Under the pieces are notes generated by a model. That model was not told the DNA's origin. It did not search any database and saw only the letters and a list, made by a program, of their open reading frames with translations. A DNA stretch of 64,000 bases from Gammaproteobacteria bacterium (GTDB taxonomy: Bacteria > Pseudomonadota > Gammaproteobacteria > G965277405), in assembly GCA_965277405.1 (NCBI GenBank), contig OZ255726.1, positions 1,664,001 to 1,728,000 on the forward strand. Direction: 5' to 3'. Made by a program: the position numbers and the translations under genes. Positions 53,889-64,000 of the stretch are shown here, in pieces (the first letter of the stretch is position 1; every line of letters begins with the position of its first letter).

Positions 53889-54156
53889 TTTTAAAAGAGC
53901 TATACGCATAAATCTGGTTTTGGATGCAGCTAATCCCAAATTCATCATGCCAACAATCAAAATCTAGGAGACAGTTAAATTCTAGGCGGATGCGCTGCTG
54001 CAATTATGTCGAGCCGGGTAATCCACCGCCTACCCACAAACTTTGCGCAATATCATTGCGCCGCAGCGGTGTTTTGCAGGAGCAGTTGCAACGTTGAGCT
54101 CGCAATGCTTACGCGGATGTAACAGGGTGAAAACTTCCATTTGAGCTTGCTTAATG

Positions 54157-54184
54157 CTTGAAATCACGAAGAGAAACCGCATTT
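54157..54184 (+). promoter_or_regulatory. Sigma-32 heat-shock promoter of htpG
   Basis: CTTGAAA-N13-CCGCATTT versus the consensus CTTGAAA-N13/14-CCCCATNT. Confidence 0.7.
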
Positions 54185-54233
54185 AGCAGCAGCGTTGCCC
54201 ACACTTTTTAACTTTTTATATACAAACATAACT

Positions 54234-56120
54234 ATGAGCGAAAAATTCGGATATCAAACTGAGGTCAAGCAGCTATTGCACTTGGTCATACATTCGTTGT
54301 ACTCAGATAAAGAAATATTTTTGCGCGAGCTGGTGTCAAATGCTGCGGATGCGATTGATAAATTACGCTTTGCCGCGTTAAGCGATGCCAAACTGACAAA
54401 AGGTGATAGTGAGTTGCGAATTCGCGTGGAATGCGATGCGCAGAAAAAACAAATTAGCATTATTGATAATGGCATCGGCATGTCGCGTGAGGAAGTCATT
54501 AGCAACTTAGGAACTATAGCAAAATCAGGAACCGCAGATTTTTTGGCAAAGCTGAATGATGATCAGAAAAAAAATGCTGAATTAATCGGTCAATTTGGCG
54601 TTGGTTTTTATTCTTCTTTCATTGTCGCTGATAATGTCGAGGTATTTACTCGGCGCGCAGACTTGCCCGCAGACCAAGGAGTGCATTGGCAGAGCAATGG
54701 TGCCGATGGCTATGAGTTAGACACGTGGCTTGGCGAGCAACGCGGTACAACCGTGGTGTTGCATTTAAATAAAGAGCAAAAAGATTTTGCTGAAGAATAT
54801 AAACTGCGCAGCATTATAAAAAAATACTCAGACCATTTGTCAGTGCCCGTTCAGCTCCCTAAAAAAGATGATGATGGCAAAGTTGTTAAAGGTGAGTTTG
54901 AAACAGTGAATCAAGCAAAGTCATTGTGGACACGTGGAAAAACTGAAATAAGCAACGATGAATATCAGGAGTTTTATAAGCATATTTCCCATGATTTTGA
55001 AAATGCGCTGACGTGGTCACATAACAAAAAAGAGGGCAAACTAGAGTATACCTTCTTACTGTATATTCCCAAACGCGCTCCATTTGATTTGTATGACCGA
55101 TCAGCACCGCGAGGGCTGCAGTTGTATGTGCAACGTGTATTTATTTTGGATAACGCAGAGCAGTTTTTGCCACTATACCTGCGCTTTGTCCGCGGGGTTG
55201 TCGACTCGAGTGACTTATCGCTGAATATTTCTCGTGAAATTTTGCAGCAAGACAAAAGCGTCGACACCATGAAAGCCGCTATCACCAAAGCGGCGCTTGA
55301 CGTTTTGAACAAATTGGCAAAAAAATCCGCTGATGACTATCAAGTGTTTTGGGAAACGTTTGGGCAAGTGTTCAAAGAAGGCATCGGCGAAGACTTTACC
55401 AATAAAGAAAAAATATCTGCACTGTTACGATTTTCCAGCACAGCAGCAAACAACGCGACCAATACTGTGGCGCTTGAGCAATACGTTGACCGCATGACAA
55501 GCGACCAACAACATATTTATTATTTGGTTGGTGATTCTTGGAATGCAGTGAAAAGCAGTCCGTTGCTTGAAGTCTTTCGCAAAAACGACATCGAAGTGTT
55601 GCTGCTGAATCAGCCAATAGACGAATGGATGATGGGACAAATGCCTGAATTTGCTGATAAAAAATTCAAAGATATCTCTAAAGGTGATACTGAATTAACC
55701 AAGAACAGCAAAGACGAACAGAGTAGCACAGCAGAAGATGACAGCAGTAAAGATGCAAAAAAAGAGCTGCTGGAGCGCATTAAAACCGTGTTGGCTGATC
55801 AAGTTGAGGAGGTGAAATCAACTAATAGACTTGTTGATTCTCCAGCATGTTTGTTGATTCCTGAGCATGCAATGGGTGAACAAATGCGTCGGTTGATGGC
55901 AGCGTCTGGTCAAGTAGTGCCAAAATCCAAGCCAATTTTAGAAATTAACGACGAGCACCAACTCATACGGCATTTACACGCAACCACAGAAGACGAGCAA
56001 TTTGCCACGTTAGCCAATATTGTTTTCGACCAAGCAACGCTGGCCAGTGGTCGTCAGCTTGATGACCCAGTGCGTTATGTGAACCGCATCAATGAATACA
56101 TGGTGAAAGGTTTATCTTAG
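54234..56120 (+). CDS. htpG: Hsp90 chaperone
   Basis: YSDKEIFLRELVSNA, DNGIGM, NLGTIAKSGT, IGQFGVGFYS. Confidence 0.97.
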   Translation: MSEKFGYQTEVKQLLHLVIHSLYSDKEIFLRELVSNAADAIDKLRFAALSDAKLTKGDSELRIRVECDAQKKQISIIDNGIGMSREEVISNLGTIAKSGTADFLAKLNDDQKKNAELIGQFGVGFYSSFIVADNVEVFTRRADLPADQGVHWQSNGADGYELDTWLGEQRGTTVVLHLNKEQKDFAEEYKLRSIIKKYSDHLSVPVQLPKKDDDGKVVKGEFETVNQAKSLWTRGKTEISNDEYQEFYKHISHDFENALTWSHNKKEGKLEYTFLLYIPKRAPFDLYDRSAPRGLQLYVQRVFILDNAEQFLPLYLRFVRGVVDSSDLSLNISREILQQDKSVDTMKAAITKAALDVLNKLAKKSADDYQVFWETFGQVFKEGIGEDFTNKEKISALLRFSSTAANNATNTVALEQYVDRMTSDQQHIYYLVGDSWNAVKSSPLLEVFRKNDIEVLLLNQPIDEWMMGQMPEFADKKFKDISKGDTELTKNSKDEQSSTAEDDSSKDAKKELLERIKTVLADQVEEVKSTNRLVDSPACLLIPEHAMGEQMRRLMAASGQVVPKSKPILEINDEHQLIRHLHATTEDEQFATLANIVFDQATLASGRQLDDPVRYVNRINEYMVKGLS

Positions 56121-56172
56121 CAAGTTCTGAATAGATCCCTGAAGGAACTTCCCTAATCCACGGGCGTCGATA

Positions 56173-57408
56173 TTACTGGTCGGTACTTGCTGTAAGAAAT
56201 ACGACCAGCTGTGCTTGTTGAACCCGTTCACTGGAATAATGAAATAGCCAGCCAAGCAGTGGGATATCAGCAAACCACGGTACTTTTTTATCTTCGCTGA
56301 TATACATTGCTTGGAAGACGCCGCCGATGCTGAGGGTTTCTTGATTGTTGACAATCACCTCTGTCATTAATTTGTTTGAATCGACGCTCGGCACTGTGTT
56401 ATAAACTGTGCCGACAGTGTCTTGGTTAATTTGTAGCATCAAGTGAATCCTGCCATTGGCGAGCAATGTTGGGGTGACTTCAAGCGCGAGTGCTGCTTCT
56501 TTAAATGTAACATTAGTATCCGCCTCGGTGCTGACCACATAGGCAATTTCTGTTCCTGTGGATATACGCGCGGTAGCTCCAGACTGCGTTTTAATATGAG
56601 GTTGGGCTAATACTTTAACAGTGCCAGTGCTTTGTAACGCGCTAATTTGTAAAGCTAGCAGATTATTTGCGGAACTATATGCAGTTGTGATGGCAGCGAT
56701 GGGGTTGGAGATACCAAGATCCAGCACTGTATTGGAGTTATTCGCACCACTCAAAGCCACACCGCCACTGCGGATATTGGCGTTCAGCGTATTCCCAAGA
56801 GCCTCAACAATATCAACACGCCCCAAGACAATCCGTGCTTGAATTATAATTGTTGGCGGTTGCGTATCGAGCATCTCGAATAATTGCCGCAGTGCTTGGT
56901 GCTGTGAGACTGCGGTTAATAGCCAAACTTGCTGATGACCGACGAGAACGACCGCTGTTGTTATTGGTTGAATAATTTTTGCAAATGCAGCTGCTGTAAG
57001 CGCTTGCGGGTGGTAGACCATCCACAGCGCTGGATTTTTTTGTGGCTTGTGCGCCGCTATTGTATTTGATTGTATCGGTTTTGGCTTGCGCAAATACCAA
57101 ACATCATTGTGACGGTGTAGCGTTAAACCTGCTGCGCTGGCAAGTGCTGCTAATACTTTTGGCCACGGCATTGGAGGAATATTGATGCTAATATACACGT
57201 CATCAGCAGCAGCAACATGCATCGTTTGTTGGGTACGTGAGCTGAGCAATGCTAGTGCTTCACTCAGACGGATATGCTTAAAATTCATCGATGACTGCTC
57301 GTCTGCGCTAACAGCAGTCGCCAATTGCATAACAAATAGACATAACATCAGTTGTGCACATGTTTGCAGCAGCTCCCAAGCGGCTTGAATTGCCTTACTT
57401 GGCTGCAA
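56173..57408 (-). CDS. Short secretin, PilQ/HofQ-like
   Basis: I.IQARIV, FKEAAL.LEVTP, V.V.NQETL.IGG.F, KVPWFADIPLLGWLF...LVVFLT. Confidence 0.85.
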   Translation of the reverse strand: MQPSKAIQAAWELLQTCAQLMLCLFVMQLATAVSADEQSSMNFKHIRLSEALALLSSRTQQTMHVAAADDVYISINIPPMPWPKVLAALASAAGLTLHRHNDVWYLRKPKPIQSNTIAAHKPQKNPALWMVYHPQALTAAAFAKIIQPITTAVVLVGHQQVWLLTAVSQHQALRQLFEMLDTQPPTIIIQARIVLGRVDIVEALGNTLNANIRSGGVALSGANNSNTVLDLGISNPIAAITTAYSSANNLLALQISALQSTGTVKVLAQPHIKTQSGATARISTGTEIAYVVSTEADTNVTFKEAALALEVTPTLLANGRIHLMLQINQDTVGTVYNTVPSVDSNKLMTEVIVNNQETLSIGGVFQAMYISEDKKVPWFADIPLLGWLFHYSSERVQQAQLVVFLTASTDQ

Positions 57409-57838
57409 TTACTTCGCCAGGTAAGTATGGTAGCCCGTCAACTTCAATGGCAGCAGTTGCGGTATTGATGATGCGAGCAACATCACCAGAGGTAAGTAGC
57501 TGATGCCTGCCACCAAAGTCAAACAGTAATTGCATATCAGTTTTCCACAGAAACATCCCTTGATAGCGTGCCCCGATGAGTGTATTTACATGAGCTGGTG
57601 CTGGCTTTTTGGCGAGAAAAAAAGGCGAAAGCAGTTGCTGTGGTTGGCGGATTTCCAAGGGTGCAGTCTTGGTTACCAGCGGCTGTGCCGCAACGAGTGT
57701 GGCTGGTTCAAAAGTGCATCCAACTTGCAAACTGAGAGAAAACAGCCATGCTAGGCGATGGCAGCAACATAGCAGCAGTCGTTGCCAATCATTAGCCGGT
57801 ACTGTGGTTTGCGCCTTGTTTACCAGTTGCACCCGCAT
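57395..57838 (-). CDS. PilP/HofP-position hypothetical protein
   Basis: Position upstream of the secretin; possible lipobox QVGC; SPF and Y.G motifs. Start uncertain. Confidence 0.4.
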   Translation of the reverse strand: MRVQLVNKAQTTVPANDWQRLLLCCCHRLAWLFSLSLQVGCTFEPATLVAAQPLVTKTAPLEIRQPQQLLSPFFLAKKPAPAHVNTLIGARYQGMFLWKTDMQLLFDFGGRHQLLTSGDVARIINTATAAIEVDGLPYLPGEVIAAK

Positions 57839-57844
57839 CGGTGT

Positions 57845-58384
57845 TCAGTACCCATTATGCAGATCAGTTAATTGCTCCGCAGTTACAGGCGTATCTTGCT
57901 GCAAGGGTTGCAACAGATACATTACAAGATCAATGTGAATGTCCGCACCAACAGCTTGCAACTGGTAGCGTTCAAGCAATATTGCTGGGTGCTGCAATAC
58001 GTGATACAACAACTTGGCAGCTGCTGCAAAGGGCATTGAGAAACGGGCATGGGCGCGTTGCCAGCGTATTTGCTGTAGTACTTGCAACTGCTCAAATTGC
58101 ACTTGCTCAGCTTGTTGTAATATCTTCGTTTGCTCGGTAGCGCTTGATTGCAACGACTTAACCACTGCGCGTTGCGTTGCTTGTTGCTGCTTAAGTTGTG
58201 TCAAGGTGTGCACTGCCATATGCCAGTCATGTTGGATGTTGCTCACTGCTTGGCGGTGTTGGGCGTAAACAATAGTTGTGGTGATTATCAGCATCAGCAC
58301 TAAAAATATTGTTGGAATTGCCACAATAGCTAGCCAGCGTGACCAGATGATTGACCAGAACAGGCGCTGTAGCGGCAATAACAT
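57845..58384 (-). CDS. PilO/HofO-position membrane protein
   Basis: N-terminal TM, coiled coil and small alpha/beta domain; operon position. Confidence 0.45.
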   Translation of the reverse strand: MLLPLQRLFWSIIWSRWLAIVAIPTIFLVLMLIITTTIVYAQHRQAVSNIQHDWHMAVHTLTQLKQQQATQRAVVKSLQSSATEQTKILQQAEQVQFEQLQVLQQIRWQRAHARFSMPFAAAAKLLYHVLQHPAILLERYQLQAVGADIHIDLVMYLLQPLQQDTPVTAEQLTDLHNGY

Positions 58385-58415
58385 TTCAAGTAGCTTGCAG
58401 CTTTAGCAAAACCGC

Positions 58416-59000
58416 TTAGCGAAAAGAAAGCAAAAATTGCGAATCTTGCATCGAATCGATTTGGCTTTCCTGAATATATTGCTGTTGCCGCATCCAATCC
58501 CTCAACACAGTTGGGGTATTTGCTTGGCTGCGCACATGCCAAATAGCGCTGCTACCATCGCTTGTGGCTTGGGTTAGATGATATTGCTGCCGCAGTTGCG
58601 AAGCTGCGGCTAAATCAAGCAACACCTGCCAACTGGCTGTGTTAAAACGATGGTGTTTGAGTGCAGTATTTAACTCGGCATTGTGTTGCCGCTGTATGGC
58701 GGCAATATGCCGTTGTATAGTTACTATCGATGCGCTGTTTGCCGCGTTGGCATCAATACTGTTGGCATGCAGTTGCATGGTAGTGATGGCTACGCAGCAT
58801 GTTACTGCAAGTACTGCCATTGCTGTAGCACAGCAATGGCGTTTGATGATGCGGTTATATCCACCAAATTGATGGGTTGCTGGGAGGATGGGTGCCGCGC
58901 TATTTTTTTTCTGAAAAACTGGTGCGAAACGCAGCTTTAAGCTTGATGTTAGGGTCCGTATATGGACCTGCAATGGTGTATTCTGCGCTGGTGAATGCAT
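58416..59000 (-). CDS. PilN/HofN-position membrane protein (start uncertain)
   Basis: TM plus coiled coil and W.VL.DL pattern; the 5' part overlaps yhdP, so the true start is probably downstream. Confidence 0.4.
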   Translation of the reverse strand: MHSPAQNTPLQVHIRTLTSSLKLRFAPVFQKKNSAAPILPATHQFGGYNRIIKRHCCATAMAVLAVTCCVAITTMQLHANSIDANAANSASIVTIQRHIAAIQRQHNAELNTALKHHRFNTASWQVLLDLAAASQLRQQYHLTQATSDGSSAIWHVRSQANTPTVLRDWMRQQQYIQESQIDSMQDSQFLLSFR

Positions 59001-62000
59001 CGAGTGGGCTATTTTGAAAAAGGCTCAGCAATAATACCGACAAAACGGTTATCGGAGCTGCACCTGCTAATACCGTTACTAATGGCAGCGATTTGCGGAT
59101 TGATACAGTCAAAATTATATCATGGTCGAGGGTTTGATTGACGATATCTGTTATCCCCTGGCCGAGTACTTTGAGCGTTGGTCCATTAAAGAAATATGGT
59201 GATGTCGACGTCAGGTAGCCGCCACTAATATCAAATTCCGATTTAATTTGTGTAAAAGGTAATGTTTGGTTTTTTTCGATCAAGTCGAGTTTAAAATTCA
59301 ATGCTAAGAACTCAAGGTTGAGGAAGCCAAGTAATTTAAACAATGGGTTATCAAATAGTTTTTCATGGACACTTCCATCAGCAAATTGCAAGTTCACGGA
59401 GCCTTCGACATTGCCAGGTTGTAGGTTGATAGGTGAACCTGGCCAGCTAATATTTGCAGATAAAACACCAGATTTTGCCGATATTACCCCAGCAAAATTA
59501 GCAATATCACTACCATGCATGTGCATGTCAAAACCACTGGCAGTCTGTCGACCATTGGAGAGCCAATACCCATCAGCATACAAATAAACCATATCTTTAT
59601 GCATTTTCAATGATTTTACCACGAAGCCATCAGCTGTTGGTTGCGACGCTAGCTGCAATTCGCCAAAATCAGCGCCATTGATAAATAAGCGGTCAATATT
59701 TATTTTGGTGGTAGGGAGTATGCTGGGGTTGAAGGATGCCAATGGGTCGGTGTCTGGTGTGGTTATAGATGCGTCTGCTGCAGTTTCGGCAAAATTCAAG
59801 TGTAGTTTTTTAAAGTCGATGCGCAAATCATGCGTTGTTGCAAAGTCCCACGTTAGATCAGCGTTGACATCAGGTGACGCAATACTGGCATTGAAGCGTT
59901 CAGCGTGATAGTGGTGTAACAAGGAAATGTCGTTGAAGACAAGTGAGCCGATATCAAGCACACCAACATCGATTGCTATCGTGCTAAATACGTTGGTAGC
60001 GGCGCGCAGTGCTTGCTCAGGTGTATTCGCAGTATTTAGCAAGGCGCCTGGAAAATTGGTGTTTGACCACTGTATCAGTTCTGGAAGTAGCAGCGATGAC
60101 ACGCTAATATCGATGTCTGCTTGTTGATTTTCTGAGGTAAAATCGCCATCAAATAGTTGCTGCGGGAAGACGCCGAGGACACGAATATGATGTTCCGCTG
60201 CAAGGGTAACGGCGTATTTGGCGTCGGGTTGTTTGGCGATGGAGATGAACGTCGCCAGCGTGCTTTGCGGTGACTTCCCCCAATCATTGGGGAATAACAA
60301 CTCGCTCCCTTGCAAGTCTGTTTGCAGCAATGCGCTGCTGAATTCGCCTGCTGTATGTTGGATATCTGCAGTAAAACGACTGGTACCTGTAATAATGTTA
60401 TTGACTAGATCAAGGTTGAATGTGGAAAATAACGCAGGGCTAAACGTGCCTTCTATATGCAATGTATTGCGAGCATCCCTAGCTGATTGTTGGACGACGT
60501 TACTCACAACAATGGCATTGCCTGCAATATCTAGAGAAATTGGCGTAGTGGTAGTAACTCCGTGCGTGTCGATATGGATTGTGCCAGTGGCATTGCTAAA
60601 GGTAACAGCGTTGCCAATGAGGGCGGCTGCTACGCCATCCAGCTTTGAGTCGACGGTGAACTTTGCATGCTCTGGCGCATTGATATCAAGCGTTAAGTCA
60701 AGCTGTGTGTCGATATTCCCTGCGGTTTGTGTTAAGCGCGGTAGTTTTTTTGCCGAAAATTCATTGGCGATATCTAATAAATGTGATAACGGCGCCTTTG
60801 TTGTTGCATGCGCGGTCATCTGCCCATTATAAAGAAAACTAAATTGCTCGATTTGCGCGGCTGCGTTTGCATAACTAGCATTTCCTTGCTCGATAAACAC
60901 CCCGTTAGGGCGTAGCGATACCTCAGCCGACTTAACAGTTAGCGGACGCATAAATTTTGTGGTTACCAGCCCTTGTTGCACCCTCCAATCGCCATCAAAG
61001 ATAAACGATCGCAAGTTTTTGCCATATTTGCCGTATTGCAACATGAAACAGCCTGCAAAATTTCCTTTGGTAAGCGACGCTTGCATCCAATCTCCTGCTG
61101 TTGTATTGATGACAAGATATGGAATCAGGTTGTGGGTTTGCGTGATTGATAATTGCGGGTGGCAGGTTTTAAAATATGTTTGGTGGATGCCGTTAGCTAA
61201 GCCAAGAAAATCAACTGCAATGTATATGTTTTTGTGCTCATTTTCAAGATAGCCACTGCCTTGAACGAGGAGGAATGGATCGGTATTTCGGTCAGGCAAC
61301 AGCGTATCAAGGTCAATAGTGAAAGCCCCATTGCCATTGCTCAGATACATAGGTTTTGTATAGAGTCTGGTGTCGATAAACGACCATTGCTGCATTGGAT
61401 AGGCAATGGTCGCCAGGTTGTTTTTCAGCTCGATGCGTGAAGTAATATGTTCCAGTTTGACGGTTTTATACTGCATTGATACATTGGCTATTGTTGCATG
61501 ACCGTGCGCACACTGGCGTTGGCGATCCCATACCAATATAGCATCGACTACATGACCAGCAGAAATTGTTAGCGCGGAGAGATCTGCGTCCGTCACCAGT
61601 CCACATATATGTGGACAAAGCATGCCTATATCAACCAAGGATATTTTGGGAATCATGACAGCGTATGCAGCAGCATCGGCATACGCGGAGATAGCAGCGA
61701 TTGCAACAACTGTGTCGTTGATGCGCACCCGCTGCGGGGACATGGCGATATACAGCGCATTATTTTTGTATACGCCGTTGATGACTGATGAAAACGCTGC
61801 CATCAATGTTGGTGTTTGCAGGCGTGTTGTATTGGCTTGTACTCGAAACTGCAAGGTTTCTGCTGCAAGGTCTCCAGTTGCAGCAACAACAATATTACTG
61901 CTGAGTTGTGTTTTGCCATCTTGTTGGGGCTGGTAGTTATCTAGTTGCAACTTGAGGTTGATGGCAGCAGTGCCAAATTTGTCGATTTGTGCGCTACCAT

Positions 62001-62607
62001 CCCATTTGATTTGCTGGCCGTGGAGATGCCCTTGAATCGTGCTTTTCAGCACACCTTGTTCGTCTGTTTGGATGAGTAAGTTGGCAATTTGAACGGCTGG
62101 TAAATCAAAAATCTTGACACTGGTATTGGTGATGGCCAGGTCGGAGAGTGCGGACGCTACTTTTTCTGATTCCAGCACATTTTGGAATATTTGGATTGGA
62201 CGCTGTCCAGATTTTTTTTGCAGCAACAATGCCTTGATAACGATTTCTGTACCATCAACGCGGAGCCGCTGGATATGCAATTTTTTCTCAGCAATTGATT
62301 TTGGAATATCAACGACAATACGTATGTAAGGAATCCGCACAATAAATTTGTTATTTACACTATCACCAGTCGAAGCAATAACCACGTTGCGCAGCACTAT
62401 GCTTGGCGCATTAAGACTCATTTGCAGCTGAATTTGTCCATAGCGGACTTCAGCAGGCCATGTGGTTTCGATAAAGCGTTTGCTGTTGGCGTCGATATAC
62501 CAGCGAATTGCCACCAGCATTACAATAAACAAGACACATATGGTGGATATTATAAGACTTGCATAGTAGAGCAAGTTGACAGAAAATTTTATGCTGCGTG
62601 ATTGCAT
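58900..62607 (-). CDS. yhdP: YhdP/AsmA-like (DUF3971) envelope protein
   Basis: ~1235 aa, N-terminal anchor, beta-rich, DW....L..G, SWPGSP, C-terminal Y.I.GP..DP.I. Confidence 0.75.
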   Translation of the reverse strand: MQSRSIKFSVNLLYYASLIISTICVLFIVMLVAIRWYIDANSKRFIETTWPAEVRYGQIQLQMSLNAPSIVLRNVVIASTGDSVNNKFIVRIPYIRIVVDIPKSIAEKKLHIQRLRVDGTEIVIKALLLQKKSGQRPIQIFQNVLESEKVASALSDLAITNTSVKIFDLPAVQIANLLIQTDEQGVLKSTIQGHLHGQQIKWDGSAQIDKFGTAAINLKLQLDNYQPQQDGKTQLSSNIVVAATGDLAAETLQFRVQANTTRLQTPTLMAAFSSVINGVYKNNALYIAMSPQRVRINDTVVAIAAISAYADAAAYAVMIPKISLVDIGMLCPHICGLVTDADLSALTISAGHVVDAILVWDRQRQCAHGHATIANVSMQYKTVKLEHITSRIELKNNLATIAYPMQQWSFIDTRLYTKPMYLSNGNGAFTIDLDTLLPDRNTDPFLLVQGSGYLENEHKNIYIAVDFLGLANGIHQTYFKTCHPQLSITQTHNLIPYLVINTTAGDWMQASLTKGNFAGCFMLQYGKYGKNLRSFIFDGDWRVQQGLVTTKFMRPLTVKSAEVSLRPNGVFIEQGNASYANAAAQIEQFSFLYNGQMTAHATTKAPLSHLLDIANEFSAKKLPRLTQTAGNIDTQLDLTLDINAPEHAKFTVDSKLDGVAAALIGNAVTFSNATGTIHIDTHGVTTTTPISLDIAGNAIVVSNVVQQSARDARNTLHIEGTFSPALFSTFNLDLVNNIITGTSRFTADIQHTAGEFSSALLQTDLQGSELLFPNDWGKSPQSTLATFISIAKQPDAKYAVTLAAEHHIRVLGVFPQQLFDGDFTSENQQADIDISVSSLLLPELIQWSNTNFPGALLNTANTPEQALRAATNVFSTIAIDVGVLDIGSLVFNDISLLHHYHAERFNASIASPDVNADLTWDFATTHDLRIDFKKLHLNFAETAADASITTPDTDPLASFNPSILPTTKINIDRLFINGADFGELQLASQPTADGFVVKSLKMHKDMVYLYADGYWLSNGRQTASGFDMHMHGSDIANFAGVISAKSGVLSANISWPGSPINLQPGNVEGSVNLQFADGSVHEKLFDNPLFKLLGFLNLEFLALNFKLDLIEKNQTLPFTQIKSEFDISGGYLTSTSPYFFNGPTLKVLGQGITDIVNQTLDHDIILTVSIRKSLPLVTVLAGAAPITVLSVLLLSLFQNSPLDAFTSAEYTIAGPYTDPNIKLKAAFRTSFSEKK

Positions 62608-62688
62608 GTAGTATACATTATAATAATAGATTTATTGTATGCAGTATCAGTGCAACATGGTAATGCATTCTGAGATTCGCAGGTAGAC

Positions 62689-62976
62689 ATGATTGAACGT
62701 ATGAAAAACATCCAGTGGGAATATGCTGAATTAATATGGGAAAAAAACCACGATATTTTATTATGGAGCGAACCACCATGGATTATTCAACACCGGCGCG
62801 GCAAACGCTACAAGAATTGGTATGAAATATGGTATGAGATTGGTCAAAGTGGCTGGGAGTTAATAACAAACCATAATTCAATTGATGGAGTGTATTATTA
62901 TTTTAAGCGACAAACGTTGCAAGGAATTGCAGCAGATGGCTATCTACCGCATCCGCAACAAGGTAAATTATTCTAA
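62689..62976 (+). CDS. DUF4177-like small protein
   Basis: WEYAEL...EIGQSGWELI...YYYFKR pattern. Confidence 0.6.
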   Translation: MIERMKNIQWEYAELIWEKNHDILLWSEPPWIIQHRRGKRYKNWYEIWYEIGQSGWELITNHNSIDGVYYYFKRQTLQGIAADGYLPHPQQGKLF

Positions 62977-63023
62977 GGAACCTCTGATTAACTCGCTGCT
63001 GGAGCGAGTTAATCAGAGGTTCC
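62977..63023. mobile_element. 47-bp miniature MITE derivative (two right ends forming a perfect hairpin)
   Basis: ggaacctctgattaactcgct-gctgg-agcgagttaatcagaggttcc; 21-bp perfect arms; flanks CTAA/ATAA. Confidence 0.9.
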
Positions 63024-63085
63024 ATAAGCGCAATCCGTATGCTGCTGGTCGATAAGTTTCTTGATACCATGGTTTTAGCTAGCGT

Positions 63086-63799
63086 ATGACCACAGCAAGG
63101 CGGCGCATTGTCGTATTAACTGGCGCAGGGGTATCTGCTGAGTCTGGCTTGAAAACATTCCGCGCAGCTGATGGGCTATGGGAAAATCACCGTGTAGAAG
63201 ATGTGGCAAGTATGCAAGGGTTTTTGCGAAATCCGCAATTGGTGCAGGAATTTTATAACCAACGCAGAAAACAGCTCCTGCACGCAGCAGTCCAACCCAA
63301 TCCCGCCCATATTGCTCTTGCGGAATTGGCTGCGCAACCCGATATTCAACTCACCTTAATCACCCAGAACATCGATGATTTACACGAGCGCGGTGGCAGT
63401 AACAATGTGCTGCATATGCATGGTGAATTATTGCAAGCACGTTGCCAACAGTGCCAGCAAATTGCAGCTTGGCGCACAGATATAACCAGTAGTTCCGTAT
63501 GCAAAAATTGTAAGAAGGTTGCAACATTGCGCCCAAATATAGTATGGTTTGGCGAAATGCCATTGTATCTTGATACAATTGACGTAGCGCTGGATAATGC
63601 CACAGTTTTTGTTGCAATTGGCACAGCGGGGAATGTCTGTCCCGCTGCTCAGTTTGTCCAGATTGCCAACGCACGTGGTATTGAAACACTTGAGCTGAAC
63701 ATAGCAATAACAACTAGTAGCAATCTGTTTCGCAATGGAATGTACGGGTCAGCGAGCAAAATTGTGCCACATTGGGTTAAGCAGTTAAGGAACCTCTGA
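63086..63799 (+). CDS. cobB: NAD-dependent deacylase (sirtuin)
   Basis: LTGAGVSAESG..TFR, TQNIDDLHERGG, HMHG, two CxxC, RPNIVWFGE; the stop lies inside a MITE TIR. Confidence 0.95.
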   Translation: MTTARRRIVVLTGAGVSAESGLKTFRAADGLWENHRVEDVASMQGFLRNPQLVQEFYNQRRKQLLHAAVQPNPAHIALAELAAQPDIQLTLITQNIDDLHERGGSNNVLHMHGELLQARCQQCQQIAAWRTDITSSSVCKNCKKVATLRPNIVWFGEMPLYLDTIDVALDNATVFVAIGTAGNVCPAAQFVQIANARGIETLELNIAITTSSNLFRNGMYGSASKIVPHWVKQLRNL

Positions 63800-64000
63800 T
63801 TAACTCGCTGATGGAGCGAGTTTGCCTGCAATTGCTGATGATTGCAAGGCGCATTCCGCAGGCGTATGCCGTAGCATATACGCCAAGGGATGCAACACAG
63901 CAAGTACCGCTTGTAGGCAAACCATCATATATTCAACAGAAGGACTGGAAAAAACGCTGCGCTAAGGTCGTTGCAGCACTTGATAATACCACCAGTATTA
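63789..64000 (-). mobile_element. IS5-like MITE, reverse orientation, runs off the window end
   Basis: TTAA+GGAACCTCTGATTAACTCGCTGATGGAGCGAG... matches the copy at 34241. Confidence 0.92.

Noticed and set aside
53890-54150. RNase P RNA (rnpB), often upstream of mraZ
   Set aside because: No GAGGAAAGTCC or other conserved P4 motif was seen on either strand.
56121-56156. Possible further degenerate mini-MITE after the htpG stop (ttag caagttctgaata…gaacttcc ctaa)
   Set aside because: The resemblance to both TIRs is suggestive but too short and mismatched to call by eye.

Overview
This window comes from a divergent gammaproteobacterial chromosome and is mostly housekeeping. It carries tRNA-Leu-tig-clpP-clpX-lon-hupB-ppiD, comF/comM, hisZ-purA, a frameshifted prfB, zapE, ung, rpsA-ihfB-lapA, lpxH, yccA, trpE, sodB, ppk2, the dcw cluster (mraZ to ftsZ, minus strand), htpG, a reduced pilNOPQ/hof-like cluster, yhdP and cobB. 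Two things are not ordinary. (1) A ~7 kb co-oriented cluster (17447-24333) encodes only exported proteins: LPP20-like lipoproteins, a lipoprotein with seven near-identical WD40 repeats fused to a caspase-like (C14) protease with an intact His/Cys dyad, an LPP20/DUF4384-like lipoprotein and a transglutaminase-like Cys-His-Asp protein. WD40 variation is concentrated at predicted top-face positions. (2) A ~290 bp non-coding MITE family with GGAA(C/G)CTCTGATTAA terminal inverted repeats and YTAR target duplications (IS5-like) occurs as about 13 full, partial, rearranged or miniature copies. They sit mostly at gene 3' ends, supply stop codons and rewrite C-termini. One end is attached to what reads as a decayed IS5 transposase tail, and two copies interrupt an IS481-like transposase relic. 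All assignments are by eye from motifs; no database searches were run.
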